From an uncultured virus (IMG/VR IMGVR_UViG_3300047375_000936) (lineage: Duplodnaviria > Heunggongvirae > Uroviricota > Caudoviricetes), in IMG/VR virus record IMGVR_UViG_3300047375_000936: 64,000 bases of DNA, one strand, 5' to 3'. The position numbers and the translations under genes are program-made. This document shows positions 1 through 11,100 of this stretch, one piece after another; position 1 is the first letter of the stretch; every line of letters starts with the position of its first letter. The notes beneath the pieces are model-generated. The model saw only the letters and a list, made by a program, of their open reading frames with translations. It was not told where the DNA came from and searched no databases.

Positions 1-541
1 CACTTAGTTCAGGTTGCGTAGCATTTACTGTAAATTCTGCCTCGCTAATTATTCCAACAATAAAATCATCTGCATATGCTGCAATTACATTACGATCAAC
101 ATTTGCACTATCTTTAAGTTTGATTGTTTTCATTTCAGTTACTTGAGCAGCAGTTGCCTGCGGTCCAATTAAGTTCCATTCATTGTTTGAATTTTTACCA
201 TATAACTGATTGGTTGTAGAATTCCACCATAGATCACCTTCTGCAAAACCTACAGGCTGCAAATCACTGACTTCGGCACCAGCTGTTGTTTTAAAATTAG
301 TTCCATCATATACTTTTAATCTTTCAGCAGTTGCATCATACCATAGTTGGCCTGTAATTGCTTTTGTAGGTGCAGCAGTTCCTTGGAAGTTTTCTAGTAA
401 GAATAAAAAGTTTTCGTTTTGTTGCTCGCCATAACCAGCAAAGTTTTTACCAATTAACTTTAATTCGGTCGTGTTATCAACTGTTCCATCTTCAACTGTA
501 ACTAGTTGTGAACCATTATATTTGTTAATTATATAAGCCAT
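1..541 (-). CDS. Baseplate/tail-fibre family protein, N-terminal part (runs off the left edge); paralog of the two neighbouring genes
   Basis: Not in the ORF track. Manual translation from ATG 541 gives MAYIINKYNGSQLVTVEDGTVDNTTELKLIGKNFAGYGEQQNENFLFLLENF...GQLWYD. This is the same N-terminal motif as 575..2428 and 2425..4521. AAAGGG and an ATAAATA motif lie upstream. Confidence 0.85.
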   Translation of the reverse strand, partial: MAYIINKYNGSQLVTVEDGTVDNTTELKLIGKNFAGYGEQQNENFLFLLENFQGTAAPTKAITGQLWYDATAERLKVYDGTNFKTTAGAEVSDLQPVGFAEGDLWWNSTTNQLYGKNSNNEWNLIGPQATAAQVTEMKTIKLKDSANVDRNVIAAYADDFIVGIISEAEFTVNATQPELS

Positions 542-567
542 GTATATCTACCCTTTTTATGTTACAG

Positions 568-574
568 TATTTAT
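568..574 (-). promoter_or_regulatory. T4-type late promoter motif ATAAATA
   Basis: Minus strand reads TAG-ATAAATA-ctgtaacataaaaagggtagatatac-ATG. It matches the T4 gp55 promoter core TATAAATA. Confidence 0.6.
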
Positions 575-2428
575 CTAAACGCTGCTTGTTAGGTCTTCTT
601 GCCAAACCCAAGCGCCTGCTACTACTGCAAATCGTTTTAATGTCCTAGTTACAGTTAGTGTTACTGTATCGCTAACATCAGTAAAACTAAAATCAGTAAC
701 AACCGATTGGTTCTGTACGCCCGCACTGTCAACTGCTGTAAAACTTTTTGAAACTCCATCGGTTGCATTATAGGTATACGCACCTGCATAACTTGTACAA
801 TGTACTCTAGCATTTACTCCGTTATTTTTTGTAGTAGACGGACATAAATCGTTTACTAATAATGCAAGTTGAATGTCAGTTAATCCAGTTGAGTCAACAC
901 TAAGTTCAATATCGTGTTCTTTATAGATATCGTCGACATATTTTTTATGAGCTGCATCGTTGTCAGTACCAGGTGTTGCTAAGTTTCGAATCTTTGTTGT
1001 ACCCGACATAGTTATATCACCGTTGATATTTAGACTCATATCGTTGGTACAAGCAATAGTTGACCCATTTAAATTAATATTGTCAACATCAAGAATTGAT
1101 AGTGTACCAATACTTGTAAGACCGCTTGCTGTTGTAACACTTGAATGCAGTTCATTAATAGTTAGTATATCGGTTCCGTTAATTTTATAACCAAGGCCAT
1201 CAGCAACATCAATGTTCACACTCGAAGTCCAAGAGTTAGTAGAATTTTTCCAAATAAGTTCTTTGTCAAGCCCTGACGATTTTAAAATTATACCACCTTC
1301 GTTGGCTTGGGCATCGGTTAACAACGAACTATCGTCATTGATGCCAAGTTCAATTTGTTTGTCTTGTACTCTTAAATTAACTACTTCAAGTGCAGTGTTC
1401 GAACCTTTAACTGTTAGATTGCCTTCAATAATTACATCACCGTTTGATGCAGTAGTGCCGACATGTAATGCTGCTTGTGGCGCAGAATTAAATATACCAA
1501 CATGTTGGTTACTTGTTTCAATTTTAAACGAGCTTGACTGAGCACCAGAACTTGACGTTTGAATATCAATATTTGCATCGTCACGTAAAGCAGTAAGAAC
1601 AATATCTCTATCTACTGATGTAGTATCGGTTGCTATACTAAATCGTGATACATCGCCTGTTAAGAATCCTCTATCATTGTTAATATGTAGATGCTGATTG
1701 GTAGTTTGATAAGTTGCAATTGGCAACGAAGGACTTACTTGCAAGAAACTTGCAGCACTATAAGAAATGCCTCCGGAAATTAAATTATCTGCATTAGTAG
1801 CACTACCATTCCAATAAAAGTCACTATATGTTGGAACAATATTTACACCTTGTTTAATAGCATACGGTGTTGGAAATCCGGTTAGTAATACAGCGTTTAC
1901 ATCAATTACTGCTGGAGTAAATGCTTCTTTACTCACAAGAGCAACAGTACTGTTGCCAACACTCCAGCGTCCAACAATTTTGTCAACGCCGTAAATATCA
2001 ACCAATGTAATAGCATCGTATTCTGTTTTGCCTTGTGTTCGAGTATAGCTCGGTCCTGCTAAAAATTCTGTAGTACCATCACTAAAATAAAGTTGTTTAT
2101 TAGTTGCGTCAATCCACAAATCGCCTGCAACCATCTCAGGCTTTAGAGCTGCATAAGTTGTAGTATCGGTGCCTCGGAATTGTGTTCCGTCCCATACTTT
2201 TAATCTACCTGCTGATGTATCATACCATATTTGTCCTCTTAGAGGATTTGCTGGAGCACTAGTAGCAGCAAAGTTTTCCATCATCTTAATAAAGTTTTCG
2301 TTAAAGGCTTCGCCGTATCCTGTATAGTTTCGACCTACAAGTGTTATATCAGTTGTTGTAGAGTCAACTGACCCATCAACTAGGTCTACTAACAATGTTC
2401 CGTCAGTTTGGTTTAGTTTATAACTCAT
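575..2428 (-). CDS. Baseplate-attached tail fibre / wedge-family protein (617 aa)
   Basis: Shared N-terminal motif GRNYTGYGEAFNENFIKMMENFA..GQIWYD. A C-terminal trimeric fibre neck motif (NLATPGTDNDAAHKKYVD) is present. It lies in the baseplate cluster. Confidence 0.7.
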   Translation of the reverse strand: MSYKLNQTDGTLLVDLVDGSVDSTTTDITLVGRNYTGYGEAFNENFIKMMENFAATSAPANPLRGQIWYDTSAGRLKVWDGTQFRGTDTTTYAALKPEMVAGDLWIDATNKQLYFSDGTTEFLAGPSYTRTQGKTEYDAITLVDIYGVDKIVGRWSVGNSTVALVSKEAFTPAVIDVNAVLLTGFPTPYAIKQGVNIVPTYSDFYWNGSATNADNLISGGISYSAASFLQVSPSLPIATYQTTNQHLHINNDRGFLTGDVSRFSIATDTTSVDRDIVLTALRDDANIDIQTSSSGAQSSSFKIETSNQHVGIFNSAPQAALHVGTTASNGDVIIEGNLTVKGSNTALEVVNLRVQDKQIELGINDDSSLLTDAQANEGGIILKSSGLDKELIWKNSTNSWTSSVNIDVADGLGYKINGTDILTINELHSSVTTASGLTSIGTLSILDVDNINLNGSTIACTNDMSLNINGDITMSGTTKIRNLATPGTDNDAAHKKYVDDIYKEHDIELSVDSTGLTDIQLALLVNDLCPSTTKNNGVNARVHCTSYAGAYTYNATDGVSKSFTAVDSAGVQNQSVVTDFSFTDVSDTVTLTVTRTLKRFAVVAGAWVWQEDLTSSV

Positions 2429-4521
2429 ACTACAATATCTCCTACGTAAATAATATATTCAACTGTTGTAAACGGACTTGTATGATAGTACGGATCATTT
2501 TGTATATCAAGCATTGCGCCAGTTTGGCTAATGCCTGTGCCAGTTGTTGTTCCAATAATATTTTGCGCACTTGCACCGGTATCTGTTCCGCCTGTAACAT
2601 TAGTGCTTGCATAATATTGTTCACCGTTGTCGCCTTGTAAACTGTGTTGATGATCTGGTAGCATAGGTTGTGTAATTGTACCTGTTTCGCTACCGCCAGT
2701 TAAACCTACAGTATTTGCTGCTGCATCATTTAGTAAACGATTGCCAGTAGTAGCGTCACCCAAATGACCTACTAAGCCTCGTCCTCTAAAATCTGGTAAA
2801 TTAAAAGTAGTTGCGCCGCCGTCTGTTGAACCGTATAATATTCCAATAATTAAATACAACGATTCTTCGCTACCTCCACCACGGGTAAGTTGTTGTCCGT
2901 GGCATAGTGCCCAACCTGTTGGAGCTGCTGTTCCTGCATATGGCATTATCATACCTAATTGAAATGATGGTACTGTGCTAACAATTTGTGCTTGTGTCAT
3001 ATAACGCAAGCCTTCGCTGTTTTCAACTAAAAACTTATCACTGCTTGCTACATCAACTGCAATTGCAGTTTGGTCAGTAACAAAACTTGGCTTAATATTA
3101 AGTGTCCACTCTTTTGTAGTTCCACCAACTTGCCCATCAAATTGCACACTACCAGTTGCAGTAACATCGCCAGTACTATTAAATTGGAATGTAGTTGGAC
3201 TTGCTAGTTTACCTGCTGTTTGAGCACTGCCACTTACATTACCTGTTACATTTCCGACTAAATTACCGTTGAATGTATTTGCATAAACATTTGCATATCT
3301 TAAAATAGGTGTACCAATGTTACTTGCTAAGTCTTCGTATGGCTGAATATTTCGAGCATAAATTGAATCTGATGATTGTCCGTCGTTTACATTAAAGTAC
3401 GCATCGCCGCCAATATTTAAATCACCGTTAATACCTGCGCCGCCTGCTACAACTAATGCGCCAGTTGTTGGATTACTACTAGGATTCGTATTTGTTGCCT
3501 CAATTTTACCACTGTTAGCTCCGGACATTGTAGCTTTTATATTACCACCTACATCAAGCACTTCAGTAGGCGATGTATTCATCAATCCGTGTTTTCCGTC
3601 TGCTGTAATTAATAATGCTGTTGTGTTTGCGCCAGCATTGTTTACATTAAAGTTAATCGGGCCATCTGTTGCTTTGTTTCTAATAATAACACCGCTACCT
3701 GTAACACTAGCAGTTAAGATGCCATTTTCACCAATTGTCAAACCAGTATTTGTTTGGATGCGCACATCTTTGTCAAATCTATTTGCTGTATCAAGTCTTG
3801 CTACATTTTCATATACTAAACTAGCTGTACCTGCTGTATTTACAAGTGCTTCTGCTTTTTCACTAGTTCCATAATACTTTGCTTTTGCACCATTAAACGC
3901 AAGTTCTGTTGGAATATTTACACCAGGTTTTACAACATACCCAGTTGGAAATCCTGTAATTTTTAATTTTGGCGTAAATTCAATATAACTATAAACTGAC
4001 ATTATGTTATTTTGCACATAATTAATTAATACTGTATGATCAACGTCGGTGCCTAGCTGTGTACTGGTACCTACTAGTGTAGCAATTTTACTACCAGTTG
4101 CAGTTGATTCACTGTAGTCAGGCCCAATCAATACCCATCCACTACCACTGTAAATGTATGCTTGTAAATTTGCAGTATCAACCCATATGTCGCCAAGTAC
4201 ACTTGCACTTGCTTCAGGTTGTGCTTGTGCTTTTTTAATTCCGCCTGCTGCTACCCAAGCTGCGCCATCGTAAACTTTTAACTGGTCAACTCCAGTTGTA
4301 GTATCATACCAAAGTTGTCCTTCTACTGGACTAGCAGGAGCTGTTGTATTTGCAAAGTTTTCTAGTAAATGTAAAAAGTTTTCATTGACATACCCGCCGT
4401 AACCTGTTAGGTTTTGACCAACTAATTTTAAACTAGTATCAGTATTGTTAAGTCCGTTTTCTTCAACAGTAATACTACCGTTGTTTGTAAAATCAGTAAA
4501 TCGTACGGTGTAGTCTGCCAT
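2425..4521 (-). CDS. Short tail fibre-like protein with C-terminal phage tail collar domain (698 aa)
   Basis: Collar motif GMIMPYAGTAAPTGWALCHG...TFNLPDFRGR, followed by a His-x-His tip motif (PDHQHS). The N-terminus is shared with the neighbouring genes. Confidence 0.8.
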   Translation of the reverse strand: MADYTVRFTDFTNNGSITVEENGLNNTDTSLKLVGQNLTGYGGYVNENFLHLLENFANTTAPASPVEGQLWYDTTTGVDQLKVYDGAAWVAAGGIKKAQAQPEASASVLGDIWVDTANLQAYIYSGSGWVLIGPDYSESTATGSKIATLVGTSTQLGTDVDHTVLINYVQNNIMSVYSYIEFTPKLKITGFPTGYVVKPGVNIPTELAFNGAKAKYYGTSEKAEALVNTAGTASLVYENVARLDTANRFDKDVRIQTNTGLTIGENGILTASVTGSGVIIRNKATDGPINFNVNNAGANTTALLITADGKHGLMNTSPTEVLDVGGNIKATMSGANSGKIEATNTNPSSNPTTGALVVAGGAGINGDLNIGGDAYFNVNDGQSSDSIYARNIQPYEDLASNIGTPILRYANVYANTFNGNLVGNVTGNVSGSAQTAGKLASPTTFQFNSTGDVTATGSVQFDGQVGGTTKEWTLNIKPSFVTDQTAIAVDVASSDKFLVENSEGLRYMTQAQIVSTVPSFQLGMIMPYAGTAAPTGWALCHGQQLTRGGGSEESLYLIIGILYGSTDGGATTFNLPDFRGRGLVGHLGDATTGNRLLNDAAANTVGLTGGSETGTITQPMLPDHQHSLQGDNGEQYYASTNVTGGTDTGASAQNIIGTTTGTGISQTGAMLDIQNDPYYHTSPFTTVEYIIYVGDIVV

Positions 4522-4524
4522 GGT

Positions 4525-5133
4525 TTATCCCTCAATTCCGCTTAAACTTTGAATTCTCACAGTATAATCAACTTGGATTAAACGGTTTAAACTCTTTTGT
4601 ACAGGATGAAAAATAACATGTGTAATTAGTCTACCTGTACCGCTTGCCGAATAGCTGCGTAATCCTAGTTCGTCAAAAACATAAAGATTTTCATTACTAC
4701 CGGCTGTATCAAATGCATCTTGTCCTGCTGGTTCACCGTAGTCTAACAAACATCTAACTAATATGTCAGTATAGTTTGTACCACTTACATGACGAATTTC
4801 TGTCTTGTTTCTTATCGGATCGTTGTTGTTTACACTACGCTCGTCTACTACTTTAGTGAACGTTTGATTGTACAAACTTGCATTTGTACCTGTGCTGTTT
4901 GGTGTTAGGTATGTTACAATACCTGTTGGATCAACACTAGTTCCGCCATTGCCAAAACTCATATCGCTAATAAAGCCTTGTCCTTGATTAGCCAAACTTT
5001 CAGCAAGTGCTAAACTCATATTTTCATAATGAATAGCATTGCGTTTGTTTACAAAAACTTCGCCATTATCAGGATCTGAAATCTTGATATGTCCTTCTAC
5101 GTGTATTCCATTTAAGTCATTAAACTGTGTCAT
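4525..5133 (-). CDS. Virion structural (baseplate) protein, 202 aa
   Basis: Full ORF with an AAGG SD and its own late motif, between the wedge and fibre genes. Function is inferred from context only. Confidence 0.6.
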   Translation of the reverse strand: MTQFNDLNGIHVEGHIKISDPDNGEVFVNKRNAIHYENMSLALAESLANQGQGFISDMSFGNGGTSVDPTGIVTYLTPNSTGTNASLYNQTFTKVVDERSVNNNDPIRNKTEIRHVSGTNYTDILVRCLLDYGEPAGQDAFDTAGSNENLYVFDELGLRSYSASGTGRLITHVIFHPVQKSLNRLIQVDYTVRIQSLSGIEG

Positions 5134-5151
5134 CTTTTTTACCTTATACTG

Positions 5152-5158
5152 TATTTAT
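5152..5158 (-). promoter_or_regulatory. Late promoter motif ATAAATA
   Basis: Minus strand reads aa-ATAAATA-cagtataaggtaaaaaag-ATG, overlapping the stop codon of the upstream gene. Confidence 0.6.
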
Positions 5159-8100
5159 TTAGGTAGCTCAATAGTTGCTCCGCGGATAAATCTTGCAATT
5201 GCAGAATTGCTGTTTCTTAATGTTTCACCGGCAGCAATCCATTTTTTTCCGGTTCTTTTAACTACACGGATCTCTGTATCTACTGCTGGCGTTGTTGTAA
5301 ATTGAATGTACTTGTTACCTCCAACTGTTACAACTTCATATTCTTTTGTTTGTGTTTGGTCTGCTTCAGGACTATCTTGTGCAAGTGTTTTATTGTAAAC
5401 TGAAATATCAACTTTACTTAACTTGCGTCCTCCCACAAACACTTCAATTTCGTTTGCATTATCAATATCAAATCCTAAATCAACAATTTGATTTGAACCA
5501 TCGGCTCTGTCTCTGTATACACTATATGTATCCCTATAGTCAATAGTTTCAGCTGAACCTTGGCCATACGCTATATCGCCAGCTGCGTGTAAATCTTTTA
5601 CACCAGTTCCTAATGTACCTCTTCTAAGCTGAGATAATGTATTTTCTTGTACTGCAAAATACTCAATACGTTCTCCGTCTATCCAAATAATACCAGGTAA
5701 GTTTAATACAATATCAGGTTCTTGAATTCCGGTAGCATCAACTAGAACAATTTTATTGTCATACGGACTAACAGGATTAGCAATCATATAACTGTTTTCT
5801 TTACTAAGACGTTTATAATGTGTTCTGCCTAGCATGTCTCTAAATATTCTATATCCAAACTTATCTGACGACACTGGTGCTGCCCAATGCATTACTTGGA
5901 TACGATCGTTTTCGTTTACAATATCTTTAAGACGTACTGCATTTAAATTTTCCATTACTTCATAATCAACAATTGGATGCAATAGTCTTTTGTTTTTAAC
6001 AACCCAAACATATTGAGCACCAGCAGCCGCTGATTCAAGTTGTACAATTCCACTTGATAATAAATTTCGTCTAGCAAATTCATCAGTGTTTTCATTAACT
6101 ACTGTTTCAGTTAAAACATCATATGTGAATCTTCTAAATTGATTAATATCGTGGTTACTAAAGTGCATTGCTCTATATGTAGTAAAGAGATCGTCGTATA
6201 TTTCAGGATTAATACTGATACTATCGCTATCGATAAATTCAACTTCACTAATTTTTACTGCGGTTGAATCTGCTGTTACATAAAAATCTTCGTCTGCTAT
6301 AAATTCATCTCTTATGTCTTTAGCCATACTTTGTACAACAACAGTATTTCCATTTACTGATTTTACTATAGGTTCAAAACGTGTTGAAGTAGCTCCACTA
6401 ACTAATAGCAACGGTTCGCCTACTGTTACTTGAGATTCCATATCAAATGCTGTACTGCCATCAAGTGTAGTAAATGTTAATGCAGTATCAATAAAATAAT
6501 AGTCAGCGTTTTGTAAACAGTAAATATCTAGCTTACTTCCTGCCGGAGCAACATTAGTATTAAGTAGTGTAATTCTAGCGTTTACATTATCCCAAGACCA
6601 TTGAGAAACATCAAGTCTTACATCGTTTACATATACCATAAAATCAATTTTTGCCACTGATGATAAATTTGCAAATTGCCATCCGTCAATATCGTAACTT
6701 AAACTACTTGTAGTTGTAAACCTAATACTATATCCAGGGCTTAAAATATCTTCGTCGCCAAACACTAATAAGTTGTGTCCTAATGGCAAGTCATTAATTG
6801 GTGTAAATGTATCAGTAAAATTCCAATAATTTCCAGTGCCGTTTGACCAAGAATAATCATTATTAATTTGACTATACGAAGTAATTCCACTGTCGTATAC
6901 AGCATATTGTATAACATTACCCTGATCTAATCTTACTCTGCCTCCTGAGATCTCAATTACCAATTTGTCTGCAGGTTCAGTTGTATTGCTAGTATTCAAG
7001 AAATAGTCACTACCCTCTGTTTGAACAGAGCCATTTAATATTACAATGCAACTTGCATCGCTGCTATAATCCGCTGCTGTTACAAAACGCCAGTTATCGC
7101 TTTGGATTGCACTTGAATCCTGTAAGTCAAACTCGTTAATTTCAATTGTTTTACTATCTATTAAACTATTACCGTTTGCACCAAATGTCATTACAGTAAT
7201 AATTGATCCTACATTAATGTCAATATCGCTGTCAATAAATACGCTTTCTAAACTGTAATCGTTACTGTAAGTATCAGTTCTTAGTACAACTTTATCAAGC
7301 ATTACAACAACATTATCTTCACCAAATGGCTTTTCAGGATATGCAAATTCTCTAGTCGAGCCATCAAAGATATAATGAGCTACATTTATTTGCGCTTGTC
7401 CGTCGTTTTGTCTAGTATAAACTTGTAAATCAAGTGTATCAGTTACAGTACCTGGAACTAGTTCTTCAGGGCCGCCGCTGTTCGTTGGAGTAAAGAATCC
7501 GTCGCCGTCAACTGTTATTTCACCTGACGGTATACCTGTAGCAGTTGTTCTGTCTAATGCTCCGCCTTGAAGTGCAGTATCAAATGTTGATCCTACTGGA
7601 GAGAAGCTGCCATCACTTGATTGTTTTCTAATAATAATTTCGTCATCAGCAGTTGTACTAAATGCTCCATTAATATCAATTTCTGTTTGTACACCATCTC
7701 CGGTAATTGTAGCCATTACAGCATTTTTATTAGCAGTAATGGTGCTTCCGTCATATTGAGGATCATCAAGTCTTACACCGTTTAAGTATAGATTGTACTC
7801 TACGCCGCTTTCTAATGGAGAAGACAATGTGATTATATTTGTGCTACCGTCTAATTTGATAATTTCATCATCATATGTATTATCAAATGTGTCCCACGGC
7901 AGATCACTAAATCCGCCTACGCCAAACCCTTGTTCGCCGCCAAAGTCAAAGCTATCATACAATGCGCCTTCGTATTCAACACCGGTCATTAGTTGGCTAA
8001 ATTCTTTGCCAGGCATGCCTGTTGTTGGATCATATTCGTAGAATATTCTATCTGCTGCGTGTAACAATGCTGTATCTTTTTTGTATTTTACAACAAGTGT

Positions 8101-11100
8101 ATCATCAATTTTTGGTTCAGTAACTAGTGTAATTTCACCTATGTATCTGTCGTAACCTTTTGTAGTATCAAGTTTATTAACAACACTATATTCAGTATCT
8201 AATAATTCAACATTGTTGAGTAATACAGAGTATGTTGTAATATTTTGATTAATTGGCCATTGTAGTGTAAAAATTTCCTGGGCACCTGTGCCTGCAAATG
8301 TTTCAGTTTTGTCAATTGTTTCAAAGTACTTTTTACCGCTAATACGATCAAATTTTACAGTCATATGTGTGCTTCGCACATTTGGATTACCTAGTACTGC
8401 GGTTGCTCTAACTGATGTGCCGTCATTTGATTGATTGCCCGAAACTGTAATAGTCGGTGCAGATAAAACTCTACTACCTTTATTTAAGATTTCAATACTC
8501 TTGACTTTACCCTTGGCAACATATGCTTTTGCAGTTATTCCACTTTCGCCACTTATAGTAACCGCCGGTGTATCATAAAAGCCACTGCCGCCATCGGCAA
8601 CGTCAATTCTTATAATTTCGTATGTGTTGTTATCAACCCAATTTTTATAAGGATATGTAAAATATTTTTCCCAAAGATTTGTTACTTCGTTGTTGTTAAA
8701 CTTAGCAGCACTTGGAGTGATTTTCCCGCCAATATAACTTGGTGGCAAATCAAAGTCAGAAATTATACTTTGCGTTGGTTCAATCTTTTGATATGCACTA
8801 ATGTACTCTCTTACTTTTGTTTTAAATGGTTTTACTTCGTTGATATAATCTTGATAATTTTCAAGATTATCGTTTTGATATGCAACTTTTTGTGTTAGAT
8901 CTCCAACATTGTGTTTGGCACGTAAGAAACTAGACTTAAATACCCAATCAACGTTATCCTGTTCTGATAGAACATATCTAACACTTGCAAAGAATAATTT
9001 ATTATATTCAACTGCTAAATCACTAACAAATATGTTAGTTTTAATTGCATCAATAATATTACGCAATTCGTTTACTGGTTCTCTATCGTAAAAAGTAGTA
9101 TCATAAACTCCAGCATCGTATCCGGTAGTTTCTGTAGTATAATTGTAAATTACATCTAATAATTTAATTGTTCCATTTTCTCGACCAACTGTATCGTAAT
9201 TAATAGTGTAATCTTCAGTGTCTTGGTTGTCTGTTTTCTTTAATAACAGCCAGCCGCCTGTACCAATGTTTTTAATTTTTACTACATCGCCAATTGAATT
9301 ATCTAATCCAAATAGTTGATAACTTCCATCTATAACTTGATGAATTACAGTTGACTCACTGTACCCCGGTGCATACCAATCAGCGTAATTCCAATACTTT
9401 GTTGTATCAAAACTTTGGTTGTCGGTTCTTTCCCAGGCTGCTGTAGTTTTATTATAAATGTAAATTGTCCAGCGTCCGCCAATTGTTTCATCAGCTGTGA
9501 CCAAAACACTAAACGGTCTTACTTTTAAGAAAGTAGTTGGTGTATAATCGTATCCTTGATCTTTCACCGTAACACTAGTAATTTGTCCATTGCTATTAAT
9601 TGTAGATATTATCTCAGCATTTTTACCGGTAACATCTTCAATTTCAATACTTGGTGCTGTTTTATAACCATTGCCTGGATTATTAATAGTAACACCAGTA
9701 ATTTTACCAAATTCAACTACAGGAGTTAGAACTGCTTGTGTATTCTTTGCAGTACCAACAAATTGCAATTCGCTAACAGTATCAATTTGTCTATCAAAGT
9801 TTCCTTCAGCAGCCAATGGTAATGGATCAACTAATAAAAGTTTGCTTATATCGTAGTTGTCAACAATTAAGTTTTTAACAAATACACTGTTTATTCTATC
9901 AACAAATTGTTTAACTGCTTCAACACGATTAATAAACATACTCTGACGTGGCTGATTTAGAACTCCGTATTTTTTTGTGTCTGATAGTGTAATATCAGGT
10001 ACTGGATTTCCAACATTATCGTAACCAATTAAACTATCAATCCATTTTTGTTCAATAGAGGCATTTGGCATTGACAAATCAAGACCTTCAGTCATTAAGT
10101 CATATTCTCTATGAATTGGAACATTAATTGTTGTATCTTTTTCTTTTCTAAAATGCAAAATAGTATTAGTTTCTTGTACTAAATTTTTACAATTATAAAG
10201 TGCAAATTTATTATTTTCTAACAACGAAACAAATCTATATCCTGTACCAGCCGGATCTGCTATTAAGTTTGATATAGATTCGCAACTTAATGAGCGTCCT
10301 GCAACACGAGGTACAATTTGTGCATTTTCAACCCAATAGTAATATTTGGTTGTAAACCCTTGTTTTGTTCTATCATAAACTTGCTTACTGCTAACTGTGT
10401 CGTCGTCATATAAAGCTGTACCGCTTATGCCTTTTGTGTAACCAGCAGTTGTACCTGTTTGTGCATTCCACTCACTTGGTAATAAGTTAGTTTCAACCCA
10501 TTCGCAAACTTGTATACGTGAGTTAGGCAATAATTTATTAAATGTATTTGTTCGATACTGACTATTACCTTGATAAGGGTTGTACCAACTTGCTTCCTTA
10601 AGGTTCCACCAAAGTTTTCCAACATAACGATCGGTCCAATTTGATTGAACATCGACAATAACATCACTAGTATCACTAGACGACGAATATGTAGCTGGAT
10701 CGTACCATGTTTTAAAACTTAGCTCTTGTTCTGCAGGTCCTGCAATTTTACCCTGTCGTGGATCAATTACGTCTAATCTTTGAATTATGTCAGCAGTATC
10801 TTTTGCATATAAAAATACTTGTTGCAATTGTTCAATATTTGGTTTAGCAATTTGTGTTGTAAGTTCGCTCCAAGTATTTTTACCTGTTGCAAAACTAAAG
10901 TCAACTAGTAGTCCCGGATTTGGTGATGTTACATACCTTGGGTCATTATTGTAAGGCCTAGGCATAGCTGTTGCAACTATTGTTGGAATATTTAAATATA
11001 GATGATTGTCATTTAAGACAATATTTTCCATTTCGTGGGTAGCAGTATTGCGGCTATAGTCAACATCTTCGGCATACACATACAAATCATTAATTTCTTG

